From contig NC_087437.1 in NCBI RefSeq assembly GCF_036321535.1, positions 39,372,001 to 39,436,000 on the forward strand: a DNA stretch of 64,000 nt, given 5' to 3'. Below, in pieces: positions 50,140-62,969 of this stretch (positions are counted from its first letter, which is position 1; each line of letters opens with the position of its first letter). This stretch comes from Camelus dromedarius. Lineage: Eukaryota. The position numbers were made by a program, and so were the translations under genes. Below the pieces are notes generated by a model. The model had not been told where the DNA came from, did not search any database, and saw nothing but the letters and a program-made list of their open reading frames with translations.

Positions 50140-50345
50140 AATAGAAAGAATAGGTGATGAGAAGTCAGAAGTTCTAGATTTGAATCTTGGTTATCTTTAC
50201 TGGCTGCTTAAGCCTGAGCAAGACTTCAGTTCCTCAGCTTCAGTTTTCTCAAGTGTAAAATAAGAATACTGTTACCCACATCAGAGAAATATGTGTAAGC
50301 ATTAAATGAGATAATTCATGTGGAAAATATCATTATGTAAAAATA
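50140..50345 (+). mobile_element. MIR SINE
   Basis: cttcagttttctcaagtgtaaaat..attaaatgagataat. Confidence 0.7.
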
Positions 50346-50354
50346 CTATAAACT

Positions 50355-50725
50355 GGAGGGTATAAATGGCAGGCCTTTGGCCAAATCTAGCTGCAAATGT
50401 GTTTGGTTTGGCTGACATAATTTTGGCTTCCACAGTGCCATAAAACAATTTTAATTAGTTGCCAGCTTTCAAATATTGGATGATTTCATATAAAATATGG
50501 ATTTTGAGTTTGCCTGAAAAAAAAATCATATTAGCTGGCTATATCGGGCCCATATTCTTCATGGCAAAACCAAGTAAATGTGAGTAATGGTTACTGTCCC
50601 ATTGGTACGTCCTGTCATTCAGTTATTCCCCCCTGACAATGAAGGCTCAGTTTCCATTATGTCTGGTCAGCTTCTCTCACCTGTAGCTTAGCTCCTCTTG
50701 CTAGTGCATTTTTGTTTGTGTCACC
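50355..50725. mobile_element. MER102-like hAT-Charlie element
   Basis: atgtgtttggtttggc..aattagttgccagc..gatttcatataaaa motifs. Confidence 0.55.
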
Positions 50726-51118
50726 CACTACTCTGTGCTGAAATGTTTTTCAGATTACAGCACAGAGACATGAAGAAGCAAATGACTCATCTGTCTTCTT
50801 TATTGATTATGAGATTAAATGCATAAAATCTCCCACTGCCAATCTGGGATTGACCTCTGTTTGTCTATAGGGCATCTCCAGTTCCTAGAGTACATAGTTA
50901 TGAGCTCGGTCAATATTACAGGAGTGAATGAAAACATGAATGAATGACAGTGGCGTGCTACCACGTGAAGGATACAGCTGATGGGTTAATTTGTTTTAAT
51001 TTGAACATTAAAAACAATGTTTTTGCTATGTAGAAATGATTACTGTCCCTGAAACAGAGAAAAACGTTTGCTTATGGGACATTTTAATGCAGCTTGTTAT
51101 TTTTTATTTTTACTACAG

Positions 51119-51230
51119 GATGCCCCCAGTTGTAAGTTAAAATGTACTTGTAAAACTGGTGGCCTTTGCAGTCCTGTGGACGGAAGCTGCAACTGTGCCC
51201 CTGGATGGACAGAAGATGATTGTGACAGAG
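51119..51230 (+). pseudogene. EGF-like module exon with 17-nt frameshifting deletion (112 nt)
   Basis: tactacag|GA TGC CCC CAG TTG TAA (stop 51133-51135). The other frame holds SCKLKCTCKTGGLCSPVDGSCNCAPGWTEDDCDR; donor G|gtaagt is intact. Confidence 0.88.
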
Positions 51231-52489
51231 GTAAGTTGATGACTACCTTCTTTCATTCAGTACAGATCTACAGCAGACTGCTGATGGTTGATAAAATATA
51301 GAAGAGGCCTGTAAAGAGGCTATTTTCCAATAAGTCTACACAAGTTGTTTGTAACTATGATTGCATTTCCAGTAAAAATAGTGTTATGTTACTATTGATT
51401 GATTGATTTTGTTACCTTGTTACCAGAATACCACATGAAAACTCTTAAAACTCTTAAGTAATTGGAATAGTATTAATATGAAACAGCTCCTTTGAGAGCT
51501 CAGTCCCACTCCCCCTCCAGCCAATGCTTGAGGAGGGCAAGGTGGAGGATGCAGGGCCTTGGGCAGAGCCAGTTCACTGGGAGCTTGTGCCCAGTTGCAG
51601 AGGGTGAAGAGGAAGACTCTGGGAGCAGAGGTCTCCAAACTCCACCTCCTTGGGAAAAATTTAATCACACTCTGTCATAAATGTATTTTTATTAAAAGTG
51701 ACATTCTTATGTTTCTCCATTCATATGTGTATTATAAAGGTTTAAGGTGATAAAGAATAGATAAAGATAAATACTGAGAGCTGTTCTACTGCTTCCTTTT
51801 GGAACCATGATAGATTATTTTGTACAACACTGGAAAGCGTGCATCCTAATTAGGGCACACTATTGCAGGAGATAGTGTTGTGTTTTGGCCAAAGAAGCCA
51901 GAAAGGGCAGTGAGGGAGAGCATGGGTGAGAACACCGTGTTGGGGCCTAAACTTGGGGCACCCTGAGTGAAAAATAATCCACAGTGAACTTCTACCTAGA
52001 TGGTTCCAACTCTGGGGGCTCTGGCTCTTCAGACTTGCCGCCCTGACCAGCTCCCACACGGGTGTGATTACCCCCGTCCTTCACCGTTAATCTGACTGTC
52101 ACGGAAGTCGGCACAGATGAAAGCCCCTTGCAGGGGGAGCGGACGGCCCCGTATGCCAAGCCTCGCTCCGCTGATACCATACTCTGTGCTTCTGTTAATT
52201 CACAACCTTTCCATGATTTTCCCGCCTGAAAGTCAGGATGATGACACTTTGAAATGACAGCTCTTCTAAATCTAACATTTAAGACCATTTTTTCATGGAA
52301 TTTTTTTCAAGTTTGGATACCCTCCCTAATTCATGGGAGCCAGCTCCTATCAATTTTGTGACATTTGGGACTACTAAATGAGAGGAATAGCAGTGTGTTT
52401 GGAATAGATGTGTTCACATTGGTTTTGTTTTTAACTTTCAGTTGGATAATTCTCTATCATTTTGGGATGTGGGACATTTTAACTTTTGA

Positions 52490-54420
52490 CTCTATCATTT
52501 AAACTTTTTATTATGGAACTTTTCAAACATACAAGAGTTACTGAGTCATAGGTAAAGACAAATGTAATTTTGCAACTGATTGACAAATTCTCTTCCATGT
52601 GGGGTTGTACCATATTGCAGCCTCATAAGCTTTACATAGAATGCCTGTTTCCCTGCAGGGTTATCAAAAGAGTATGTTATCAAAATTTGGGTGAGAAATG
52701 TATTAGTGGAGTTCTAATTTTCATTTTTATTATTATAAATAATGTTCAGCATCTTTAATGGGTAAGGACTTTTTGCATTTCTTTTTCTATTAATTGTCTA
52801 TTTACACTGTAAATAGTTGTAATTTTGGTGTGCCTATGGAAAGAGTTGAACTCAGGGTCTTTCTACCCCAACATCTTGACCATTACCATTTCTGCATGGC
52901 TTTTTTTCTCCAACTGGATAATTGGGTTTCTTACATGACAGCTGGCCTCTTAAAACAGAAGTTGTCAGGCCTTCCTAAGATAGGGAAGTGATGTAATATC
53001 ACTGCCACCACATTCTATTGGTTCTAGCCCATCGTGGATTCAGCTCGGATTCCACCAGGGAGAAGATAACACTTAAAGGTGTGAACCATCCTAGAACATG
53101 TTCTTCATTAAGAGCATCTTGGATTTCAGATTCTGCATGATTCAGAAGATTTTTTCTTTTTTGTAATAAAATATATCTTTCTTCTCTCTATTTTTTGAGT
53201 TATAATTAGGAATGTATTCCCCATTCTCAGGCTTTAGAGGAATTCAACCATGTTTTCTTTTAACACTTGTATGATACCATTTTTGACATTCAATTCTCTG
53301 ATCAATTTTAAATATTTTTCCTGGCATATGGTGTGAGGAATAGATCCATTTTCCCCTTGCATGGCTTTTCAGTTATCATAATGCAGCTTTTACAAGTCTG
53401 TGTTCCCCACTGATTTGAGATGCAGGATGCGTCAGATACTAAACATTTACATGCAGTTGAGTATGGTTCTGGATGCTCTGTTCTATTGATCTGTCTATTT
53501 CTGTGCAAATGCAATACTGTTTTTAATATGAAGTCTTTTATTATATATATTTGAAACTGACAGGGCTAGCCACCTTTCACTACTCTTCTTTTTCAGGGGT
53601 TTCCTAGTACTATTCTTATTTATTTGTCCCAAATGAAATTTATAATCAGATTGTCTAGGTGCAAAAAAAAAGTCAGGTTTTTTTGTTTGTTTGTTTTTTG
53701 ATTTTTACTGTTTTGTTGTCCTCTGTGTTTACTCCTTTAGGAAGAATTAGTATATTTATGATATTAGCTCATCTTATTCAAGAATAAATATGGTCTATTT
53801 CTCCATCTATTCAAGCTTTTTTTCTCCAATAAGTAAAATGCTGGATTTTAATGATATGGCTATTAATTTTTCAATTTATTCAATGCTTTTACTCAATTTT
53901 TAATGACATTATTGTTCAAATGTATCTTCTACATTTATGAAATTAATAATATGATTTTTCTCTTTAGACCGGTAAATATGATGGATTTATCAATGAATTT
54001 TTATATTATTGCAAGACCTTACATTCTTAGAATAAATACTACTTAGTTGTGCTATATTACTAAAAATTATGCTGTTGATTTCAGTGTACTTATGTTTTTT
54101 ATAAATGTGGCATTGATAATCCATAAGTAAAATTGAGATGTAGTTTTTCACACATTTTTTCAGGCTTTGGAATTGATGTTATACTCACTTAATAAAATGT
54201 ATTTGAAATTTTCTTTCCTTGTCAATGCTCTGGAACAGTGTAAGCGGTAAGGTGATTATCTGAACTGTAAAGGTCACAGAATTTCTCCTTGAAGCCTAGG
54301 ATTGCTGGTTTTTTTTTTTAATTGGACTATTTTACTATTTGCTCCATTGTTTTTTTATTACAATTAGCCTGTTGAGGTTTTCTGCCTCAAATTAGGACCA
54401 TTTTGGTAAATTGTCTTCTG
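52490..54420 (-). mobile_element. old L1 ORF2/3' fragments (antisense) with nested smaller inserts near 52805-53085
   Basis: ctgttctattgatctgtctattt, tttataatcagattgtctag and related antisense L1 motifs. Confidence 0.7.
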
Positions 54421-54655
54421 TAACTTTTCCATTTCATTTACATTTTTATATTTATTTGTATTATACTTTTATATTTATTCCTTTTGATAATCATTCCATA
54501 TTTTTAAAAAATTGGGTATATTGGTGCCTTTTTTTACCTTGCTTTTGTTGGCTAATGATTTGTCTGCCTTTATTTTTTTTAATTAATTCTACTGTTTTTT
54601 TCTGTCTTCAAACTCATTACAAACTCAATTATTGTTTGGGTGGGTCCTTTTTCAG

Positions 54656-54784
54656 AATGTTTTCCTGGTTATTATGGTCCAGGCTGCCATTTTAATTGCA
54701 CATGTCAGAACAATGGGATTTGCAACAGGATTTCTGGAAGCTGTGAGTGCCTCCCAGGATATTATGGAAGAAACTGTGAACATG
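54656..54784 (+). pseudogene. EGF-like module exon, 129 nt, open frame but donor GT>GG
   Basis: tttttcag|AA TGT ... CAT G|ggaaac. ECFPGYYGPGCHFNCTCQNNGICNRISGSCECLPGYYGRNCEH. Confidence 0.88.
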
Positions 54785-55139
54785 GGAAACCAAGAAGATG
54801 AATGTGCATGTTATGGTGCTGTTAAGTTTTAAGCTTTGAAAACTGTTTTTTTAAATCATAAAAGTAATACATTCCCATTATATCAAGTTAGATAAACTGC
54901 TAAGATTTTAATATATATTTTTGCAACATATTTCAAAGCTCTAATTTAAGTTTTAGATGTTGTCAACTGTCAAATCCTACTAAGCCTTTCGAGGGTTAGA
55001 CCTCTTGCCAACCACACTGATGTTTCTTGTGTTAGAGAACGTAGAAGCAAAGTCTTGTAGTTTTTGTTTGTTTTGTTTTCAAAATTAGACTAAGAGATAC
55101 AAAAGAAGGAAAAATGTCTACTCAACGTCCATAAATTTT

Positions 55140-55510
55140 ATCCTACATGCAGTGGAATATCAAGGAAGATTTTGAGCAGACAAGGGACATCACTCTGGTG
55201 AAATAAACATGTAACGTGGGGATATTATTAATTATGAGGAAAAGGAGCTACTAGTAGTGTCCATGTAGGAAACTGCAGTGATAGTCTGGGATTTCAAAAA
55301 TCTATCCTGGGATCAAAATGGAAATGAATGAACAGAAGAATATTTTGGAAAAACAATTGACTGTATTTGACAATTGATTTGGACACGTAGCTGAGGATGA
55401 TGTAGGAATCAAAATTAACTCCAAGGTTCTAAGCCAAGCAACCTGGGAGAATTATTTAGACAAATGAAAAAGTCAAGCAAGCCAACCTTTATGAGCTCAG
55501 TTTTATATAC
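55140..55510 (-). mobile_element. L2 fragment
   Basis: gattttgagcaga..ggaatcaaaattaactccaaggtt..gcaacctgggagaat. Confidence 0.55.
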
Positions 55511-56818
55511 AATTAAAATAAGGGAGATAAAGGAGATATGACTTTTTAATGTATTGTCAACAACTATTGTACAAGAACAAACAGAAGAAACCCTGCACTG
55601 GATCTTCCTTTATTATTCATTTTGTAAGAGTAAATAAGATTAGAAAATGGAAGAGTGTATATTATATAAAATCATTCATTCCTTATCTGGTTTTGGTTTG
55701 GCTTCCTTCTTCCACTCTCTGTGAGTTTTTCCGAATGTTGGATCTGTCCTGAGTAGCTCCATTCATGCTGAAGAACTGTCACCCACGTGAAGCCTAGGCA
55801 AATCCAACTCTAGGTGCTGGGGAAGGGGGATTGGGGGACAGAGAGAGAAAAAGAGAGCAAGAGAGAGAGGATAATTGAAGGGTGAGGAAACTGTGTGCCC
55901 CTTCTAGTCCCGTTGGTGGGTGGTGAGCACAACCCCAGAGAAAACTCAAGGTAGGAAATGGGAATCCTTGGTCTGCAGTCAAATGTAGCTCTCATGTACC
56001 TCCCTCAGGCAAGCATCCCCTGGGCAGAGGACAATTTGAGCATTTGAAGAAATGCATTTGCTTGGACCACATGGTCTCTAAATCTAAACCAATCACTTCT
56101 GATGTTCAGCCACAAAAGTATTGATCTTCTCCAACTGTGTAGGAAAGACAGGTTACACTGGACTTACTAAGAACTAGTTCTCTGTTGTACTCTATGGGCT
56201 ATTTAGGAAATTTTTCAAAGATTAAATTTCACTGACTTTAAAATGTAACTGCTTCATAAGATGTGAACCTACTGTGTATGCATCATATTTTCTCTGTTTT
56301 CTTTTCCCTTTCTCCTTCTTTCTCCCCCTACCTGCCCCCATCACACCCGCTTCTGTCATCCACTTGTAGGATTTCAAATATCAACAGCTGTATGAATCAC
56401 CTCCCCCAGACACTATCTTATTTATTTAAAGAGTTTTAAATTCTCGCTAAATTTCGCCTGCATATGAAGTTTGAAAACATGGTTCTTTTAGGTGTTTAGG
56501 TTATTAGACAGTTTTGGTGAAGTGTTTGTCAGACTATAGCACATCATAGCAAATAAATTTGATCTACTTGAAGATATTTTAAATTTTCTTCTGGACCTTT
56601 CTAGACTCATTGTGGGCAATGGCACTTAAATAGTCACTTATCTGTATGACTGAAATACTAGCAACATGCCTCTCCATGAAATTTTTCCCTTGCCTTCCAA
56701 TTCTCTGCTCCCATCTCCTTCTTGGTCCTGGGAAACAAATGACCTAGAACATATCCTTTAATTTTCCCCTTATTTATTCTTAGAGCTGAAATAGCATTTT
56801 GACATTTCCACTTTCTAG

Positions 56819-56947
56819 CATGCCTTCCTGGATTTTATGGTTTGAACTGTGCCCACATCTGAGACTGCAGAAATGGAGCCAATTGTGATGCAGCAAGTGG
56901 ACAGTGCATTTGCCTAGCTGGTTTCCATGGCAGCCAGTGTGAAAAAG
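56819..56947 (+). pseudogene. EGF-like module exon, 129 nt, in-frame TGA at a Cys position
   Basis: ctttctag|CA TGC ... AAA G|gtatag. ACLPGFYGLNCAHI*DCRNGANCDAASGQCICLAGFHGSQCEK; TGA at 56860-56862. Confidence 0.9.
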
Positions 56948-58149
56948 GTATAGCCAGAGTGTTTTTAAGCATGTGAATGTGAGAACCCTGTGTGACTGTG
57001 AGATCCTTCCATCTGAGGGCAAACATGTACACCCAAATCTGAAACATGGAATAATCACCTAAGCCTCTGACTCGGACACTGACAGGAATTCACTCTATGG
57101 TTGATATAACGAGTTCTGATTTTATCGCTAGTTGGTGAAACTTTTTATTCTCCCCTAAATGAAACTATTTGATGTCTCAAAACACCACTAAAGCAGTTAG
57201 TCTTCAATGGACAAAGATTCTGCTCTGAATGAGAAATCTTTCATTAAATGCTTTTAAAAGAATGGCATGCACTGAGTTCAGTGGTACTGAAACAGACCCA
57301 AGAGCTTTACAAAACAAATCTAAATATGTGAATTAGGCATTCATCATACGGCAGCCATGAATGTGGATGGAGGTATAGAGGTGAGAATTTGGGCCACTCA
57401 GTTTGAAATAAAATATGATGAATCCCTGACCCTTTCAAAGCAATGCCAAATTGCTTAGCTCTCAGTGAAAAACTCCAAGTCTCATTTCAGTCTATACTGT
57501 TCGCTCCTGTGCATATGGTTACACCAACCATAAGAGTGATAATAATGATACAATGATGGTGGTCATTTGACTTTGTGTGAACCAAAGTTCTTACCTTTAA
57601 AAAGGAACTATATGTTAGTCCCATACAATGTCTTCATATGTCACTAGAACTTTACATAAAGCGTCTCTTGTCCAGCCTTTAATCCACTCATTTATTGTTT
57701 AGTAGCTCTATATGACATGCCCCTATTATGTGCCTGTTACTGTGTTAAATTCTGGGAACTTAGTGAAGCTTACTTCTTCTGGAGAAATAGACAGTAAATA
57801 AATAAATAACATTTTAAGGAAAAATGTTGAAAGTAATACACTTCGCTAGTAGACTCAATCTCATTCCTTAAATTCCTATCTTCAAAAAGCTTACATATGG
57901 TTAAAAGGGACAAACCAGTCTTGAAGGAAATCAATTTTAAGGGCTGCATGTAAAACCATGTATCAAATGAAGTTTCTTTCTGAGAATTCCAAAACTTTCC
58001 TCTCTTCTTCTGACTAATCCATCTCACATTATCATCTCACTTTGCTCTTTGGGGCTCAGTCTTGTGGCAATTTTATCTCTCGTCTCAATTTAGATGCATC
58101 AGTGAAAACTCAAGGGGTTAAATTTTCAGCATTCCTCTTTCCTGGGTAG

Positions 58150-58278
58150 AGTGTTCACCTGGACTGTTTGGAGACAATTGCCACCAACTTTGTGACAGTG
58201 ACAGAGAAAGCTCCTGCCACCCAGTAACTGGAAAATGCCTCTGCTCACCTGGGAGGACTGGAGCCAGATGTGATGTTG
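58150..58278 (+). CDS. EGF-like module exon, 129 nt, open frame, one Cys>Ser
   Basis: gggtag|AG TGT ... GTT G|gtatga. ECSPGLFGDNCHQLCDSDRESSCHPVTGKCLCSPGRTGARCDV; AGT at 58197 where Cys is expected. Confidence 0.88.
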
Positions 58279-59034
58279 GTATGAACCAAAGCACCTCAGG
58301 ATGTCCCCCTGACTCATGGGATATTTGGAGATATACAGACATTTCCATACTGAAAATGTTACTCGATGAACATCGCCCTACCACTGCTGGTCACCTTGCC
58401 TTAGTCTGATTAATCAGGGTAGGTAGTTGTTCCATTGTTGGCACCCCAAACCAGCACCACAGCTGGCAGAAGACAGACCCCAAAATGATGCAGTTAAAAA
58501 CTGCGATTCGGAGAAATAACTAGAATGAAGGCAATTAAGGTTCGGTCCAGGTGGTGCTCTTAAGAACCCAGTTCTCAACTATTCTTTGGGAATTGAAATT
58601 CATACTTTTTCTTTCCACTCACAGAATACCCTCAAATGTAAAGTTCAAATTCTTCAAGGAAGAAGCTTTAAAAAAAAAAAAGGAGAAAGTAGATTGAATG
58701 AATCATTGACTTATCCCTTGCTATTAAACTTAATGCATGCTTACTAGGTGAAAAGGTTTTATATTAAATTCGAAATAGCCCTGAAGGACTGACCCTGCCA
58801 CAGATATGACCAAAATAGAGATTTTAACCTCAAAATTTACTTTTCTCATCCGCCAAAAAGAAGGGTTGAGGCTATGTATTTCTAAGATCATTTGCAGTAC
58901 AAATCTATGATTATGCAACCTGGGATTTCAATAACGCTGAGAAAGTCGTGGTAACCGTCCAGGCTACAGGAGAGGGCTGTTTGTGCAGCACCATCTCCCA
59001 CACCCCACCTTGCTTCTGAGAAAGAGCAATGATG

Positions 59035-59240
59035 GCTACTTTCTTTGAATGCCAGGCATCACCCCAAACACTTCACTTGTGTTGATTTCATCCTTAGCAC
59101 AGCCCTGTGGGGGTGTTGCTGTTCCTATTCCTGTTTGACAGATAAAGGGACTGAGGCACAGAGAGGAAGAAAGTGGCAGAGCCAAGATGAGATCCAAAGT
59201 AGTCTGGTTTCGTATCTTGGGTGATGCTATTGGTTGACCA
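59035..59240 (-). mobile_element. MIR SINE
   Basis: tttgacagataaagggactgaggcacagaga. Confidence 0.75.
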
Positions 59241-59779
59241 TACCGTTTGTGTGATGTAAGTATCTGTATGTGGTCCAGAATAAGGAGCCTCCAATGGCCC
59301 ATTAGAGTCTTGTATCCCTTCCTATCCCTACGTCTTCCCTTTTTTTGTAGACTTACAGAATAAGGCCAAGGGGTTTTCGATATTGACTCTGAATCCTTTA
59401 GGATCTTCCAGTTCAGGAGCTTATAGATACCGACATTTCTTTTCTGCAAAGACTCTTCATTTAAGTCTCTAATCCTTGTGTCTCACTGCACTGCAAGCTG
59501 CTTGAGTCTGTCTTTTATCAAAAATGCTTAGAATAAAGTCTAGCACATGATAGCCTTCAGCAAATTTTTGTGGAGGTGATTCTTGCTTCCCTACTCAGCA
59601 TTCTTCATAGAGTCATGATAGACAGAATACCTGAACTTTGTCAAATAAACTAAATCTTTCAGAATAAACATCCACATGACATTTTGATGAAGCCGCATGA
59701 CACATGGCACAAGTGAAGTGCTCACTAAAGGCAGAGTGCTTATAGTATGTGTGGCTTCATTAAATCTTAGAGAAAACCA

Positions 59780-60015
59780 CTCATGTTTATTGAATGCATG
59801 TTACATGGCAGGCATTTTCATTTATACTATAGTATAGCACCTTTACTGTTATCACCATTCCCATTTTATAGATGAGGAAGCTGGGAGCTGAAGCCTCAAA
59901 ACAGGTTAAGTAACTTGCTCAAGATTACACAGCTAGTTAAGTGGGAGATTGGGGATCTGAAACAAGCAGTCTGGATCCAGAGCTAGACTTTGAACAGCCC
60001 CACTCTACTGCCTCT
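59780..60015 (-). mobile_element. MIR SINE
   Basis: cccattttatagatgaggaagctg..ggttaagtaacttgctcaagattacacagctagt. Confidence 0.85.
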
Positions 60016-60057
60016 CAAGGGAAAGAAAGGATTAGGAATCCCTTTTGGTTGTCTGCC

Positions 60058-60236
60058 TGCATTGTCCATTAACCACGGGTGCTGTTTAATTTAAATTTAG
60101 GTCCATTTCGAATTCCTCTCCTTAGTCACACATGACATTTCAAGTGCTCAGTGGCCACACATGGCTAGTGGCTACAGTATTGAATAGGTCAGGGGAGAAG
60201 ATTTTCGTCATTGCAGAAAGTTCTATTGGACAGCAT
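60058..60236. mobile_element. MER3/MER33-like hAT-Charlie MITE
   Basis: tgtcca...catttcaagtgctcagtggccacacatggctagtggctac...gcagaaagttctattggacagc. Confidence 0.8.
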
Positions 60237-61419
60237 TTAGCAGTGGCTTAAAACAAAGCAGTAAACCAGAAGAGCTTATGGACAGGCTGGAAATGAAAGC
60301 CTCACTCGATGGAATTTCTGTGGACTAAATTTCCTATCACACTGTCTTCTTCATCCACAAGTAAATTGTCATGTGGTCTTGGATCCTATGTATTAACATG
60401 TCCATTCTCAGTGGGCACCTCAAGGCCTCTCTTGTTGTGAGCTCTTTGGGGTACCCACGGCTACACAGACGTGCTGCAGGATCTTTTATTTGCATTTTTA
60501 TTTTCAATTAGGCCTAGTTCATCTGTGATATTAACTGTGAACAGCTGTGTCTATGCAGGCACTATAAAGATAAAAGACCTCATTTTAATTTGAACTCTGG
60601 TAAAGACCCTATTAAACAGCTATAATATTAATTCATAAAAGAATGTAGCAGCTTTTTATTGGATTACTTCCCCACCCCGTTGGTAAATTAACATTTGCAG
60701 ACATTCAAACAGATGTCTTAAATACACATCGTTATTAACATGAAAATGTGGTATTTTTAAAAATTAAAATCAGATTCTGAACTCCTCAGGAGAGATCCTG
60801 ACTCATAACTGTTTCAAGCAAGAAAACTAGGTCTCACCACCAAACTAAGTAATCATCCCACACACTGGGCAGAGGGAGATGTGTTAGGTTAAATTTGAAA
60901 TGACACAGGCTTTTTTTTTTTCCCCATGAAGTTTGATGGTTTAAAGAACAGATTCATTTCAGAGCAGTTTTTGCATCACCTTCACAGCTTCTTTTACCTA
61001 CATGGTGTTCCTTGATTTAGAAGGGATTAAATTACTGTTTGCTCACATTGCACCTATGTAAAAAGGATAAATTGCAGAATTGGTATGTTTCCCTTGATCT
61101 CGTATTTAAAATCTAACAAGTTAATTAAAATGAGAGCTAGTCCACACCCTATCCTACCTTCCTTATCCAAGAAGGAAAAATAAAATCGAATAAATATCCA
61201 ACTGCTCATGGAATATTTAGGGTGGATCTCTAACCTAGCAAAGAGAATTTTGAGGCAATAAAGAAATGCTTAGCAAACTTTTGCTCACAGATTCGGACTT
61301 TGCTCTACCACCTGTATCTTTATATTTGTATTGGTGTCTCTGAAGTTTTCACTTTCCAGCCTTCCACTTTCTGATCTGGGCTTTCTTCTGCATATGCTTG
61401 ACATCTTTTGTCTTTCCAG

Positions 61420-61650
61420 ATTGTAGGGCAGAATGAGGACTGAGCACTAGGTGAGAATTTAGAAATCCAGCTCTGTCATTTATCAGGGATTTGAGAAGGT
61501 CCCTTAAGACACGTCAAACCTTAGTCTATCTCTTTCTAGAATGAGAGCTTACCTCACTGCCTCTCCTACCTCACAGGAATTCGTTAGAACCAATTAAGAT
61601 AATGTATTAGGAGCCCATTTTGAAAAATGGTATAGAGCTAGGTGACTGTT
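61420..61650 (+). mobile_element. MIR3-like SINE fragment
   Basis: cctacctcacagga..attaagataatgtat. Confidence 0.5.
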
Positions 61651-62536
61651 GTTCTTGCAAAGTTAAGTTTCTCTGGTCCTTAAACGTTGGTAAATTGAGT
61701 TATTTCCCAGTCTTGCCTGACTGCCTGGGAAATATGAAACCATTTTCTGTTTCCATGGGTTGGGCTTGGCTTTCTTCCTGACCTCACAATCCTTCAGAAA
61801 CAGAACCTGCTAATTCTCTGCTAATTCTCTGCTGGATATCAGACTGAGACCAGAGACGCAGGCTGGGATGTGATGTCTGGGGGGCCCCTTTCAGTCCACG
61901 TTTTGTTATTTTGATAAAGCTGACACTTTCTAATCCCCTTTCTTCATTTCTCTCCCGATTGCAACCACAATGCAATTCAACTTAAAGATAGTTACCTCCC
62001 TTTAGTACATATAGCAGGATTTCACACAGAGGGATCCATGGTCCTTTTGACACAGTTTAAGAGATGAAAGAGTTGAATTTAAAGTCATGTCATTTTCAAT
62101 AACATAAGCACAAATAATTGTGTTTTTAACTTAAGGACAAATTTCCTATAATTGTGTACTCTGGGTAAGTATCACCTTTTCTGGACCTTAAGACACCTAA
62201 TCCATTTTCTCCGTGTCCCTCACAATGGACTGCTATCAGCTCTATTGAATAATCTAATTCTGAAAAGACACTGGAAAAATATAAGTTGCTGTCCTGTTTT
62301 CTTTTTTCAACTTTGTCACTAACTTCCTTGGCACTCCCCAGCCTCCTCCTGTTTTCCATTAAAGTCCTTACTTTTTTTATATAACATTCTTGCATGGGGA
62401 AAAGATACGACATGGTTAACCAGAATTCTTTACAAGCCTATCATTATCTTACTGAATTCCAAGAAATAGTAGTAAAAAGACTGTGTGATAGAAAAGCATA
62501 TTTCAATTGGTTTTATTTTGACTTTTCACCTCACAG

Positions 62537-62688
62537 AATGCAGGTCAGGCCAGTATGGACCTAACTGCTCTTTGAAGTGCCAGTGTCTCCACACAGCTGG
62601 CTGTAACCCCCTCAACGGGATCTGCACTTGCCCTGTGAGGAGAATGGGACCAACCTGTGCAGAGGATGGTTTGGACAACCCTCAATAA
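62537..62688 (+). CDS. last EGF-like module, probable terminal coding exon
   Basis: cctcacag|AA TGC. ECRSGQYGPNCSLKCQCLHTAGCNPLNGICTCPVRRMGPTCAEDGLDNPQ*; TAA at 62686-62688. Confidence 0.82.
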
Positions 62689-62963
62689 CCAAATACTAAC
62701 AGCTTTTCAGTGGATGAATAGAATGTTGCTGAGGTTCACCCACGGTTCATCATCTTAACTTTGGCAGAGAAACGTACTTACCCAACCATCTTCGGCCCAA
62801 CCTCGCCTGTTGTGAGGTGAAAAACAGGACGTCTCAACTTTATGGCCTCCAAGCATACGTTCCATTCTCTAGCCTACCCTTCCCAACTTCCTTTTGCTGA
62901 AGAACATGCCCGAGAAAAAGAGAATGTTTTTTCAAGATCCCAATTGTAGTAACATTTTGGACT

Positions 62964-62969
62964 AATAAA
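62964..62969 (+). terminator. candidate polyadenylation signal AATAAA
   Basis: First AATAAA after the stop (~275 nt downstream), followed by T-rich sequence. Confidence 0.4.

Noticed and set aside
60516..60570. INCEQLCLCR motif resembling half an EGF module
   Set aside because: The second half and donor are absent, and the flanking exons already match consecutive modules; probably chance.
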